Origin: a virus
Reading direction: 5' to 3' (one strand)
Length of the DNA: 42,687 bases
IMG/VR virus record: IMGVR_UViG_3300021387_001323
The notes beneath the pieces are model-generated. The model did no database searches and was not told the origin of the DNA. It saw only the letters and a list, made by a program, of their open reading frames with translations. Below, in pieces: positions 1 through 7,247 of the stretch; position 1 is the stretch's first letter, and each line of letters begins with the position of its first letter. The position numbers were made by a program, and so were the translations under genes.

Positions 1-107
1 GTCCTCCTTTGTGATTGTGGGCTCCATTTACGCGGGGACGCTCAGGTCCCCGCATTTGATACTATTGGCGCTTCGCTTTGATAGAGATGCGGAAGCAGAC
101 GGGCACG
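1..107. repeat. Terminal direct repeat copy 1 (assembly overlap of a circular sequence)
   Basis: Identical base-for-base to 42581-42687; the RBS of the ParB-like gene (start 42573) lies inside the repeat, so genes read through the junction. Confidence 0.9.
32..53 (-). promoter_or_regulatory. Hairpin downstream of VR2 (candidate DGR target-recognition structure)
   Basis: GCGGGGAC (32-39) / loop GCTCAG / GTCCCCGC (46-53), perfect 8-bp stem; no U-tract follows on the minus strand; homologous hairpin after VR1 at 14112-14133. Confidence 0.6.
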
Positions 108-844
108 TAGAACGCGCTGGACGCGTGGTGGTAGTTGGAGAACCCGTAGCTGCCGACACGCACGACGAGCGACGAGCTGCCGGAGGGAGCCGAAGCAGTC
201 CACCAGGTGGCCATTTCCTCGCCTCCCGGCTCGGTGGCTTTCATGCGATTGCGTCGGTCTTTGTAAAAATCGAGCTGCTCATAGAGCGGAGCGTACCAGT
301 CATCATCCGGCTCAAAGAGCTCGGAAGCGTCCGGCAGGAAGAGTTTTGATCTGAAAGTCATCTCGTCAGCATCCTCGTCGCCGCCCTCTGTGAAACGTCT
401 CTCGGTGTCAATGATCAGTTCCCGGATGTAGTCCGGCAAAAGCGGTAGCATCTTCTCGTTGAGATACTTCTGCACATCGGACGCCCAGACGCCGCCAGCG
501 TTGCCGCCTTTTTCATTCCACACGGTCTTGCCGAGGCAGTCGTGAGAGTCGAAACGGATCCAGTCCTCGCCGCGGTCAACGATGTCAAAGCGTGCGGTCC
601 GTCCGTCTGTCAGCTCCATTTTGATGTAGTCACCGACTGCTGCATCTGCAAGGTCCTCAATAAAAGTCTGAGGCTTGTGCATCTGTGCTGCGCTTTCGCA
701 GCATCCGTGCTCACCCTGCTGTATTTTCGCAGCATATACGAACGGCTTGCCGATCTCTTTTAAATATTCCATCGCCTGGCTCATTGCGCCGTCTCCCTCG
801 GCTTCGATAGCCATGGTTCCTGTGATGATCTTGACCTTTTCCAT
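62..844 (-). CDS. DGR target protein 2: N-terminal unknown domain plus C-terminal C-type-lectin-like variable domain (paralogous to tail-fibre C-terminus)
   Basis: C-terminus ...ATWWTASAPSGSSSLVVRVGSYGFSNYHHASSAFYVPVCFRI parallels fibre C-terminus ...AYWWTASALSGSSTYVVFVSHHGTSGNGNASYAFCVPVCFRT; last ~117 nt match the TR; RBS AGGAGGGAGCACATG. Confidence 0.85.
   Translation of the reverse strand: MEKVKIITGTMAIEAEGDGAMSQAMEYLKEIGKPFVYAAKIQQGEHGCCESAAQMHKPQTFIEDLADAAVGDYIKMELTDGRTARFDIVDRGEDWIRFDSHDCLGKTVWNEKGGNAGGVWASDVQKYLNEKMLPLLPDYIRELIIDTERRFTEGGDEDADEMTFRSKLFLPDASELFEPDDDWYAPLYEQLDFYKDRRNRMKATEPGGEEMATWWTASAPSGSSSLVVRVGSYGFSNYHHASSAFYVPVCFRISIKAKRQ
96..212 (-). repeat. DGR variable repeat VR2
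   Basis: Aligns without gaps to TR 13514-13630; 21 differences, 20 at plus-strand T (= sense-strand A) of the TR. Confidence 0.9.
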
Positions 845-855
845 GTGCTCCCTCC

Positions 856-1593
856 TTATGCGATGATGGTGATCTGCTCGCGGTTCGGGATGTCCGCAAG
901 AGCTTCCTCAAGGTAGTGCTTTACATTAGCCACCGCCTCAGCTTTCCAGAGTCCGCCGTCAGCTGCTACAAGCTTAAAGGTCGGAGGGCATCCCTCGTTC
1001 TTTTTGATGCGGAAAATGAAATCACTGGCAGGCTGGTCCACCTCCAGGAAAGTGCGGTAGGGTGTCAGATTCACCGGATTCGGCACGATGGCGTTGTCCT
1101 TGTGCGCGACTCCACTCTTGATCACAACCTGCTGGGTGACGCCGTCGTCACTGTACTGCTCGTTCTGCTGGTCTGTGATGTTAGCCGCCACGGTTGCGAC
1201 AGCTGTGCGATCATCCGACTCCCTGAAGCAGCTCTGCAGAGAGATCAGGAAGCGCTCTTGGTCATATTCGTGACCAAAATCAAAAGAGGGCAGGAGAGCT
1301 CTGACCGTGAAAAGTGTCTCGCGTTTTCTCTCCTTTGTGAGTCCGGAGAACAATCTCACCGTGGTCTCGTCCTCGACCTGGATGATCATGCTCTCGCGGA
1401 GCTCGTCCCTCTTTTGCTTGATATAATCCACCAGTGCGGTGAGGGTTGTCGCTTCGATGCTTTTGGCCATCGGCTCCTCGTCGTATCTGGTCAGGTTTTT
1501 GTTGCAGTAGGTTTTGCCGTTGATTTCTACGACCTCGGGCTTTTCTGCTTTCGTTGCCAGTTCTGTGATAAAGGCAAGTGCGTCCTTAATCAT
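856..1593 (-). CDS. Hypothetical early phage protein
   Basis: ORF with RBS AAAGGAGGATAAAAATG at the internal Met (MIKDALAFI...); no motif I can name with confidence. Confidence 0.6.
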   Translation of the reverse strand: MIKDALAFITELATKAEKPEVVEINGKTYCNKNLTRYDEEPMAKSIEATTLTALVDYIKQKRDELRESMIIQVEDETTVRLFSGLTKERKRETLFTVRALLPSFDFGHEYDQERFLISLQSCFRESDDRTAVATVAANITDQQNEQYSDDGVTQQVVIKSGVAHKDNAIVPNPVNLTPYRTFLEVDQPASDFIFRIKKNEGCPPTFKLVAADGGLWKAEAVANVKHYLEEALADIPNREQITIIA

Positions 1594-1786
1594 TTTTATC
1601 CTCCTTTTCGTCCGGTCCCACAAAGTTGACCGTTTTCTCGTTGTATGGGTTTATGTTTCCTGCTTTGAAAATCCGACCACAGTCAAAGCACCGCAGGTGC
1701 TCCTTGTTGGCCGTTGTCTTTGCCATACCTGCGCACACCGGGCAGGCCGCCCGACCGTCCGGGTGCAGATATACCGAGTATTGCAT
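1586..1786 (-). CDS. Small zinc-ribbon protein
   Basis: CPVC...CFDC motif pair; start overlaps upstream stop (TGATG). Confidence 0.6.
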   Translation of the reverse strand: MQYSVYLHPDGRAACPVCAGMAKTTANKEHLRCFDCGRIFKAGNINPYNEKTVNFVGPDEKEDKND

Positions 1787-2355
1787 CAGCCCTCCGCTGC
1801 CATCTTGGCCAGTGCGTCGTAGTTTGGCGGATCTAAGATCTCGCCGGTCTCAGGATCTACGTCAACGCCGGGGATGGGTGCGAGTGCAGCCGCTCCTGTG
1901 AGCCTCCTGCCTTTTCTCAGGTCAATCGGTGGTGTTGCCGGATCCGGATCTTCCACGACCTGGGCGTTGATAATCTTTGCATTATCTTCGCCGATGACTT
2001 CCGGGGCGGTCTGCGCCAGTTCCCTGATCGACATCTGTCCGGGGATGTTGCCGTCGTACTCGCTGATCATGACCTCGCCAGTGCGCATATCCGTCCCCAT
2101 GAGCATCTGCGTCTCAATGGCTTCGGTGCTGGCCAGCTTTGTGGTGACCATGATCTGTGTGTTTACGACCTGGCGCGTCTTGCTTGGTGCAAAGGTCAGC
2201 ACAATGTTGATTTTGCGCTTTGTCGTGGGCTCCGTGTTTGGGTTCTGGATGTTCTCGCCGACCTGCAGGAGTGCTTCGCTCACTTTTTCACGAAAAGCGC
2301 CCTCTGCGAAGTCATTGAGGTCGATCATCCAGTCCGAGTCTCTGTGGTGTCTCAT
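1786..2355 (-). CDS. Hypothetical early phage protein
   Basis: ORF with GGAGGAG RBS 8 nt upstream, ATGA overlap with upstream gene. Confidence 0.6.
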   Translation of the reverse strand: MRHHRDSDWMIDLNDFAEGAFREKVSEALLQVGENIQNPNTEPTTKRKINIVLTFAPSKTRQVVNTQIMVTTKLASTEAIETQMLMGTDMRTGEVMISEYDGNIPGQMSIRELAQTAPEVIGEDNAKIINAQVVEDPDPATPPIDLRKGRRLTGAAALAPIPGVDVDPETGEILDPPNYDALAKMAAEG

Positions 2356-3047
2356 TCTGTGGACTCCTCCTTTTCTTCTATGCGTTGGACTTCCGGATCC
2401 TCCGCGGTTAAATAGTTACCTCTTAGTGCTCCGAGCTCAAGGCGCCGGAGCGTCTGCTCGCGATCCTCCCGCTCACGTCTGGCCGCTTCGATTTTCTTGC
2501 GACCGTCGCCCGCCAGCTTCTCGGTGATGTCGTCGATGGTATTTCTCACGCTTGCCGTCACCTGCTGCCGCTGGCGTTCTCTTTCAAAGAGTGGGCGGTA
2601 TATATCCATAAAAGCCACGCGATCCAGTCCGGGCTTTCCTCCGGTGATAGCCTGGCGCCTCAGTTCCCTCAGGTTTGACCATCCGACCGCCTTGACGGCC
2701 GTTCTGATCAGATCCGGGAGCTTGTCGCTTTCGTCTCCGAAGTCTCCGGAGGTGTAGAGCAGGTCAGTGACTGCAATCCACGCCTCGTCGGGCTGTATCA
2801 TATCCGGGCATTGTATGGTCCACATGATCTCGCGGATCTCTGCGATGCTTGGCGGCCATTTGTTGGTCTGGATGTGCTTCGCGACTGCCAGCTGCACCAG
2901 CTTCGCGTCATCCTCTGCAAAGGTTGCCGCCCAGATCTTTGCCATCCCCTCGACTGCCTGCTCTGATGCAAAGCGGTCGTGGTTAGGGTAGGCCGAGGAA
3001 ATTGCCGCCAGGACCTGCGCCGTTTCTTTCACTGTCATCAGCTGCAT
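2352..3047 (-). CDS. Replicative helicase loader/inhibitor (SPP1 G39P-like)
   Basis: N-terminal ...AAISSAYPNHDRF... motif typical of G39P-type loaders; position directly after replication organizer. Start at 3047 or 3038 (MQLMTV...). Confidence 0.55.
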   Translation of the reverse strand: MQLMTVKETAQVLAAISSAYPNHDRFASEQAVEGMAKIWAATFAEDDAKLVQLAVAKHIQTNKWPPSIAEIREIMWTIQCPDMIQPDEAWIAVTDLLYTSGDFGDESDKLPDLIRTAVKAVGWSNLRELRRQAITGGKPGLDRVAFMDIYRPLFERERQRQQVTASVRNTIDDITEKLAGDGRKKIEAARREREDREQTLRRLELGALRGNYLTAEDPEVQRIEEKEESTE

Positions 3048-3786
3048 CCTCCTCTCTGTAGATGCGTTCAAGCACTCCCATGGTGTCCACCTTGCGTCCC
3101 GCTGCCGGTTTTGATGTTGCAACCGTTCCGGCAGGTGTGAGCTCGTCGTCCCAGCGCCCCTGGTTCAACCAGGTGGCAGGGTGCGGTATAAACTGGCCGC
3201 CATCCTTTTGCCATTGCTGGGAGTTCTTTGCAGCTTCGACAGCTGTCAGGATCCTTTCAAAGAGTTCAGCTGTTGGCTTGATCTTTTTCCAGGACTTGAG
3301 AGCTGCTGCCTTGCCAACCTTGCGAGGGTAGAGCTTCCAAAACTCGTCGAAGCGTTCCGCCTGTAGGTCTTTTTTCGGTGCATCCACCGCCGCAGGTGGT
3401 GAAAGTGTTTTTATTGTCTCTGTATCTGTATCATTATCTGTATCTGTATCATTATCTGTATCTGTATCGGGTTTTTTGGGTTTCTCAAAAAACCGTTCGG
3501 TTTCTTGGCTTTCTTTCGGTTTCGGTGGTCGCCCACCTTTGAGACCGTTCTTTCGGTTGGTTTCGCACTTTTTCTCGTACTCCTCGCGGTCTCTGTCGAG
3601 CTGCGCCTTTATGAAAGAGTAAGCCATCGCCGCCGCTCCTCTCAGGTATGTGGGCTCTGGTCGCTCCGGATCCTCATGCGCGAAGATGGCCCGGAGTAGT
3701 TGTCCGCACTCTGCATCAGTCAGCTGATCGAGGTGCTCGGCGTAGTCCAGATAAAGCAGGAAGCTCTTTTTTGTGGTGTCCTGCAT
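2983..3786 (-). CDS. Phage replication initiator / replisome organizer
   Basis: C-terminal FDEFWKLYPRKVGK...KSWKKI...FIPHPATWLNQGRWDDE motif common in phage replication proteins; D/T/N linker; RBS GGAGGTGGTCAAGATG. Confidence 0.6.
   Translation of the reverse strand: MQDTTKKSFLLYLDYAEHLDQLTDAECGQLLRAIFAHEDPERPEPTYLRGAAAMAYSFIKAQLDRDREEYEKKCETNRKNGLKGGRPPKPKESQETERFFEKPKKPDTDTDNDTDTDNDTDTETIKTLSPPAAVDAPKKDLQAERFDEFWKLYPRKVGKAAALKSWKKIKPTAELFERILTAVEAAKNSQQWQKDGGQFIPHPATWLNQGRWDDELTPAGTVATSKPAAGRKVDTMGVLERIYREEDAADDSERNGAGPGGNFLGLP
3415..3468. repeat. Tandem 18-bp repeat (about 3 copies, TGTATCTGTATCATTATC) inside replication gene; candidate origin iterons
   Basis: Direct reading: tgtatctgtatcattatc x2 followed by tgtatctgtatc; encodes DTDTDN linker. 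Confidence 0.8.
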
Positions 3787-3804
3787 CTTGACCACCTCCT
3801 TGTC

Positions 3805-4188
3805 TTAGTTGAATGGCAGCTCCTCGTCGATGCCGTCCGGGATGTTCATGAAACCGTCGTCTGCCGGTTCTGATCCGCCTGCTGCATCCTGCGGTTTTGA
3901 GTCTGCGAAGTAGATATTTTTCGCGATGATCTCGGTCTGGCGGTGTTTCTGTCCGTCCTTTTCCCAGTCGTTGTTGTGCAGGGATCCGGAGACTACCACC
4001 TGGCGTCCTTTTTTGAGGTGCTTCTCGCAAAACTCTCCGAGCTTGTCAAAAGCTACAACCGGGAAAAACTCCGCCTTGTTGTTTGGCATATTGACGGCGA
4101 GAGTGAAGCGAGAGACCGCTTTCCCCTCTGCTGAGTACCTTGTCTCAGGATCTCGCGTAAGCCTCCCGAGTTCGTTCACTTGATTCAT
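3805..4188 (-). CDS. ssb: Single-stranded DNA-binding protein
   Basis: MNQVNELGRLTRDPETRY... OB-fold N-terminus and acidic C-terminal tail DGIDEELPFN. Confidence 0.9.
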   Translation of the reverse strand: MNQVNELGRLTRDPETRYSAEGKAVSRFTLAVNMPNNKAEFFPVVAFDKLGEFCEKHLKKGRQVVVSGSLHNNDWEKDGQKHRQTEIIAKNIYFADSKPQDAAGGSEPADDGFMNIPDGIDEELPFN

Positions 4189-4205
4189 TTTTTATCCTCC
4201 TTGTG

Positions 4206-5030
4206 TTATGGTGTGCCCGTTCTTGCCTCATCCAGCTGTCGGCAGATGCTGTCATACTGGTCGCGTGTCAGATCCGCAGGATCATCGCACTGGTATAGCT
4301 GCTTGATCCGCGCCGCACATTGCTCCCGGCTCATTCCGGCGTCCTCGGCTTTTCGGTATAGCCTGCCGATCTGTGGTTCTGTGAGCTTTCGCGGAGCCTG
4401 CTGCCCTTGCTGACCGTTTTGGGTTGCGGTCTGCTGTGGTCTTGCCTGGCTCTGCGGCCGTTCGCTGATGTGTTCAGTGTTGTCAGGATCTTCCGCGCCC
4501 TGATCAATGCCGAGCATCTCGAAAAGGTAGTACTTGAGGCAGTAGGTGAGAGCACTGCCTTTTGCTTTATCCGGTCCGCCGTCGTTGGTGCCGATCGCGT
4601 GGAGCGTGACAGCTTGATGATCTTCCGGATTGTCTGCATCCACCCAGGTGACCTCGATGTCCGATTCGTACACCCACACCTGGCGGTCGTAGCCGTTGCT
4701 GGTGTGCTGCGTATATGCGGAGTAGAAGATCTCGTCGCCGTTTTCGGCGTGCCGGGTGGCTGTTTCGCCTGTTATTTTCAAGTTGACGTGCTGCTCGTTC
4801 ATGGCAGGCGTCAAAAATCTGTAAACGTCATCTATGCGGTTGAAGCTATACTTCACGCCATCGCTGTGCTTTTCCTTTGGCAGTGCCGGGATGGCTTTGC
4901 GGATTTCCACGAGCTTCTGCTCGAGGTTCAAAGGCTTGGCACCTGCTGCCGGTTTTGTCTCTTTTGCGTCTGGCGGCTTCTTTGCTTCTGCTTTAGTCGC
5001 TGACGTCTTGGCCGTGGATTGTGCTGCCAT
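4206..5030 (-). CDS. erf: ERF-family single-strand annealing recombinase
   Basis: Core ...KAKGSALTYCLKYYLFEMLGI... resembles the ERF family signature; adjacent to SSB. Confidence 0.7.
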   Translation of the reverse strand: MAAQSTAKTSATKAEAKKPPDAKETKPAAGAKPLNLEQKLVEIRKAIPALPKEKHSDGVKYSFNRIDDVYRFLTPAMNEQHVNLKITGETATRHAENGDEIFYSAYTQHTSNGYDRQVWVYESDIEVTWVDADNPEDHQAVTLHAIGTNDGGPDKAKGSALTYCLKYYLFEMLGIDQGAEDPDNTEHISERPQSQARPQQTATQNGQQGQQAPRKLTEPQIGRLYRKAEDAGMSREQCAARIKQLYQCDDPADLTRDQYDSICRQLDEARTGTP

Positions 5031-5820
5031 CAGCTGAGCCCTCCTCTCTGAAAAATCTGTGGCCGCCGATCGTCACCACATAAATCTGGGACTCGTGCCA
5101 GTTGCTGGTCGTTCTGTCCGGTGCGTAGAAGTATTTGATCGGCTCCGATGTCACCGCCCAGCCAAAGTCGAAGATTGCAGAGACCGCAAGCAGCGACTCT
5201 TTTGACGGTTCCGGGCGTCTTTTTGTGTATCGATATTTCTGCACCGCTTCCGTGGGACGGATCCCGTCATCCTCGCAAGCCTGGAGGATGCACTGAGCGA
5301 CCGCTTCTTTTCCTGCAAAACACTCAGCTCCAGCCTCGGCTTCGACCACGCTGGCGATCTCCCATCGTTCGGCGTCTGTCAGCTCATAGCGGAGCGTCGT
5401 GCCATTTTCTGCCGCCCAGGAGCTTGCAAGCTCTTGAAGATCCACCGCTGTTGTTTCTTCTGCGCCTGCTGCCTGGAAGTAGACCATGATGACCTCGGGC
5501 TGGATCGGTTCAGTTTCCTCCTCCAGCTCCGGAGAGCTTGAGAATGGCGACTCATCTGATGTGATCACAACCGGGTGCTGTTCATCCTGCACCTCTTTCG
5601 GTCTCTGTCTTGCCACAACAACCGTCACGGCGATGATCACCAGGAGAGCAGAGGCGCCTGCTGCCATGAGCTTGCGGCGGCGGATGATTGCCTTGCGCCT
5701 GGATCGCTTTCGTGCTATGATTGTTGTGGACTTCCTCTGAGTTGTGGGCTCCGAGATGTCCTTGGAAGCGTTCGGCTGTGCAGGCCGGGCGCTTTCTTTA
5801 ACTTCTAAGATCTCTATCAT
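4993..5820 (-). CDS. Membrane-anchored cell wall hydrolase (SleB/CwlJ-like domain)
   Basis: Single TM (AAGASALLVIIAVTVVVA) then ...ERWEIASVVEAEAGAECFAGKEAVAQCILQ...IGGHRFF resembling Hydrolase_2 domain; RBS GAGGGAGAAAGCATG. Confidence 0.55.
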   Translation of the reverse strand: MIEILEVKESARPAQPNASKDISEPTTQRKSTTIIARKRSRRKAIIRRRKLMAAGASALLVIIAVTVVVARQRPKEVQDEQHPVVITSDESPFSSSPELEEETEPIQPEVIMVYFQAAGAEETTAVDLQELASSWAAENGTTLRYELTDAERWEIASVVEAEAGAECFAGKEAVAQCILQACEDDGIRPTEAVQKYRYTKRRPEPSKESLLAVSAIFDFGWAVTSEPIKYFYAPDRTTSNWHESQIYVVTIGGHRFFREEGSADGSTIHGQDVSD

Positions 5821-5992
5821 GCTTTCTCCCTCTTTCTTTTTTCCACTTTCTAAACTCTGACGCGATCGCAGGATCCTCGAAAGTTCTGCGCACTGCGTCA
5901 AGCAGAGTGACAGCTGCACGATCTGAGACCTGCGCGGGTAAAACAGTCAGGTCGATGGATGGGCGGCTGTGCGGTTTCGTTGTCGTCTGCAT
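5798..5992 (-). CDS. Hypothetical small protein
   Basis: Strong RBS AAGGAGGAGAACCATG. Confidence 0.5.
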   Translation of the reverse strand: MQTTTKPHSRPSIDLTVLPAQVSDRAAVTLLDAVRRTFEDPAIASEFRKWKKERGRKHDRDLRS

Positions 5993-6113
5993 GGTTCTCC
6001 TCCTTGGTTTTCCGATCTTTGCTTTCGGTTGCTTCCTGGCAGTCGCACGACTCTCCAGGATCTAAGGCCGCGCCGCAGAACGGGCACGAGTAGTAGTCGC
6101 TAAAGTACTTCAT
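5898..6113 (-). CDS. Small Cys-rich (zinc-binding?) protein
   Basis: CPFCGAALDPGESCDC motif; RBS AAAGGAGGAGAAAATG; 3' end overlaps next gene in another frame. Confidence 0.5.
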   Translation of the reverse strand: MKYFSDYYSCPFCGAALDPGESCDCQEATESKDRKTKEENHADDNETAQPPIHRPDCFTRAGLRSCSCHSA

Positions 6114-6492
6114 TTTCTCCTCCTTTTCGTTTCCGGAGACGCTTCTCGAAAGCGTGCTCCCATTTCTTCCGGACTCGGTACCGTCCGTGTGTGTATTGAT
6201 GCCACTGTCTTGGTGTGGCCACTGTCTCGAGTTCTTTTTGGTGTTCTAAGCAGGCCGCCAGCTCCGGCATGATGTCGCTGATGCTTTGAGCTATTTGCTG
6301 GAGCGCTGGAGCGAGTTTCTCGGCCACCTGCTGCATCACTTTTACAAAGTTATCCACAACAGTGTGCACAGATTCGCCGATGCTTTCGGCTGCCTTTTGC
6401 AGGCTCTCAAGTTGCTCAGGTGTCAGCTCGGGGAGTTCGAGTTGCTCAGGTTTCAGCTCAGGGAGCTCCTGGTTGTTGATCTGCTCGTTCAT
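6100..6492 (-). CDS. Hypothetical protein with N-terminal PEL/PEQLE repeat
   Basis: RBS GAGGGAGGCATAACATG; contains tandem 30-nt duplication. Confidence 0.6.
   Translation of the reverse strand: MNEQINNQELPELKPEQLELPELTPEQLESLQKAAESIGESVHTVVDNFVKVMQQVAEKLAPALQQIAQSISDIMPELAACLEHQKELETVATPRQWHQYTHGRYRVRKKWEHAFEKRLRKRKGGENEVL
6411..6470. repeat. Tandem 30-nt duplication (25/30 identical) within coding sequence
   Basis: gttgctcaggtgtcagctcggggagttcga / gttgctcaggtttcagctcagggagctcct. Confidence 0.85.
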
Positions 6493-6493
6493 G

Positions 6494-6727
6494 TTATGCC
6501 TCCCTCATTGAAGTCATGCCAGGCACCGCGTTGGGTGAGTATAAGTATTCGAGGGTTGTCTGTGGGAAATATCTGTCGCGGATCACGAGTGCCTTGCCGA
6601 ACGGGATCTCTGTTTTACCTCTGAGCCAGTTGCGGATAGTGTCCGGAGACTTTTCTGCGACTGCTGCCAGGTCTTTTTCAGTGATTCCGATGCGAGCCAT
6701 CTCTGCCACGAGGTTTGGGTATGCCAT
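6494..6727 (-). CDS. Cro-like / XRE-family HTH regulator
   Basis: MAYPNLVAEMARIGITEKDLAAVAEKSPDTIRNWLRGK... HTH; RBS AAAGGAGGCAAATTTATG; second gene of the leftward operon opposite the repressor. Confidence 0.65.
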   Translation of the reverse strand: MAYPNLVAEMARIGITEKDLAAVAEKSPDTIRNWLRGKTEIPFGKALVIRDRYFPQTTLEYLYSPNAVPGMTSMREA

Positions 6728-6743
6728 AAATTTGCCTCCTTTC

Positions 6744-7112
6744 TTAGTTGATACGGTCGCCGTATGAGTAGACGACCATGTTGACTTTGTTGGTTTTCTC
6801 GTCAAAGTATCCATAGTTTTCGATTCCATCGAAGCCGATGATCTCGCGCACGATGTAGCTGATGGTGTTCGTCTCGCTTGCTGATCCGTCCGGTCTCCAT
6901 AAATCCTTGAGCAGCTGGATGATGCCTTGCCTGCCGGTTGCGTAGTTGCTCAGATCAAACTGGAAAGCCTCGAGCGTTTTCATCAGCTCCGGATCTTGTC
7001 CGTTTGCTTCCTCCAGGATCGCGGTCATTTCATTCACGCCGATCATGATGTGGTAGATGGTCTTGACCTCCTGCTTTGTTACTGCTGCCATATTTCTGTT
7101 GTATGTGTTCAT
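6744..7112 (-). CDS. Hypothetical protein, first gene of leftward early operon
   Basis: RBS AAGGAGGTCACAAAATG at internal Met (MNTYNRN...). Confidence 0.6.
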   Translation of the reverse strand: MNTYNRNMAAVTKQEVKTIYHIMIGVNEMTAILEEANGQDPELMKTLEAFQFDLSNYATGRQGIIQLLKDLWRPDGSASETNTISYIVREIIGFDGIENYGYFDEKTNKVNMVVYSYGDRIN

Positions 7113-7148
7113 TTTGTGACCTCCTTGGTTTGATTTTGTGGGCTCCGC

Positions 7149-7241
7149 TTTCCACTCCACTGGAAAGCCATGCCTATAATATAATCCAGCCCACTGGAAT
7201 TTGCAAGGCTTTTTTATAAAAATATTCTTGTGTGGTGGAAT
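7149..7241. promoter_or_regulatory. Three operator-like imperfect palindromes (TTCCA-N6-TGGAA type)
   Basis: tttccactccactggaaa (7149-7166), aatccagcccactggaatt (7183-7201), attcttgtgtggtggaat (7224-7241); the second fills the spacer of the leftward promoter. Confidence 0.5.
7178..7206 (-). promoter_or_regulatory. Leftward (lytic/early) sigma-70-type promoter
   Basis: Minus strand TTGCAA (7206-7201) - 17 nt - TATATT (7183-7178). Confidence 0.55.
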
Positions 7242-7247
7242 AATTTA

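Noticed and set aside
1-107. The 107-bp terminal direct repeat, read as a physical phage terminal redundancy or as the ends of a transposable element.
   Set aside because: The repeat is exact and genes and RBSs read through it. The packaging genes are lambda/cos-type. Circular-assembly overlap is the simpler explanation.
11-349. Plus-strand ORFs 11-349 and 14094-14393 encode similar peptides (…EADGH.ER.GRV.V.G.PV.AD.HD.RR.AG.SRSSPP.G…).
   Set aside because: The similarity is only the mirror image of VR2 and VR1 on the opposite strand. The real genes are the minus-strand lectin-domain ORFs.
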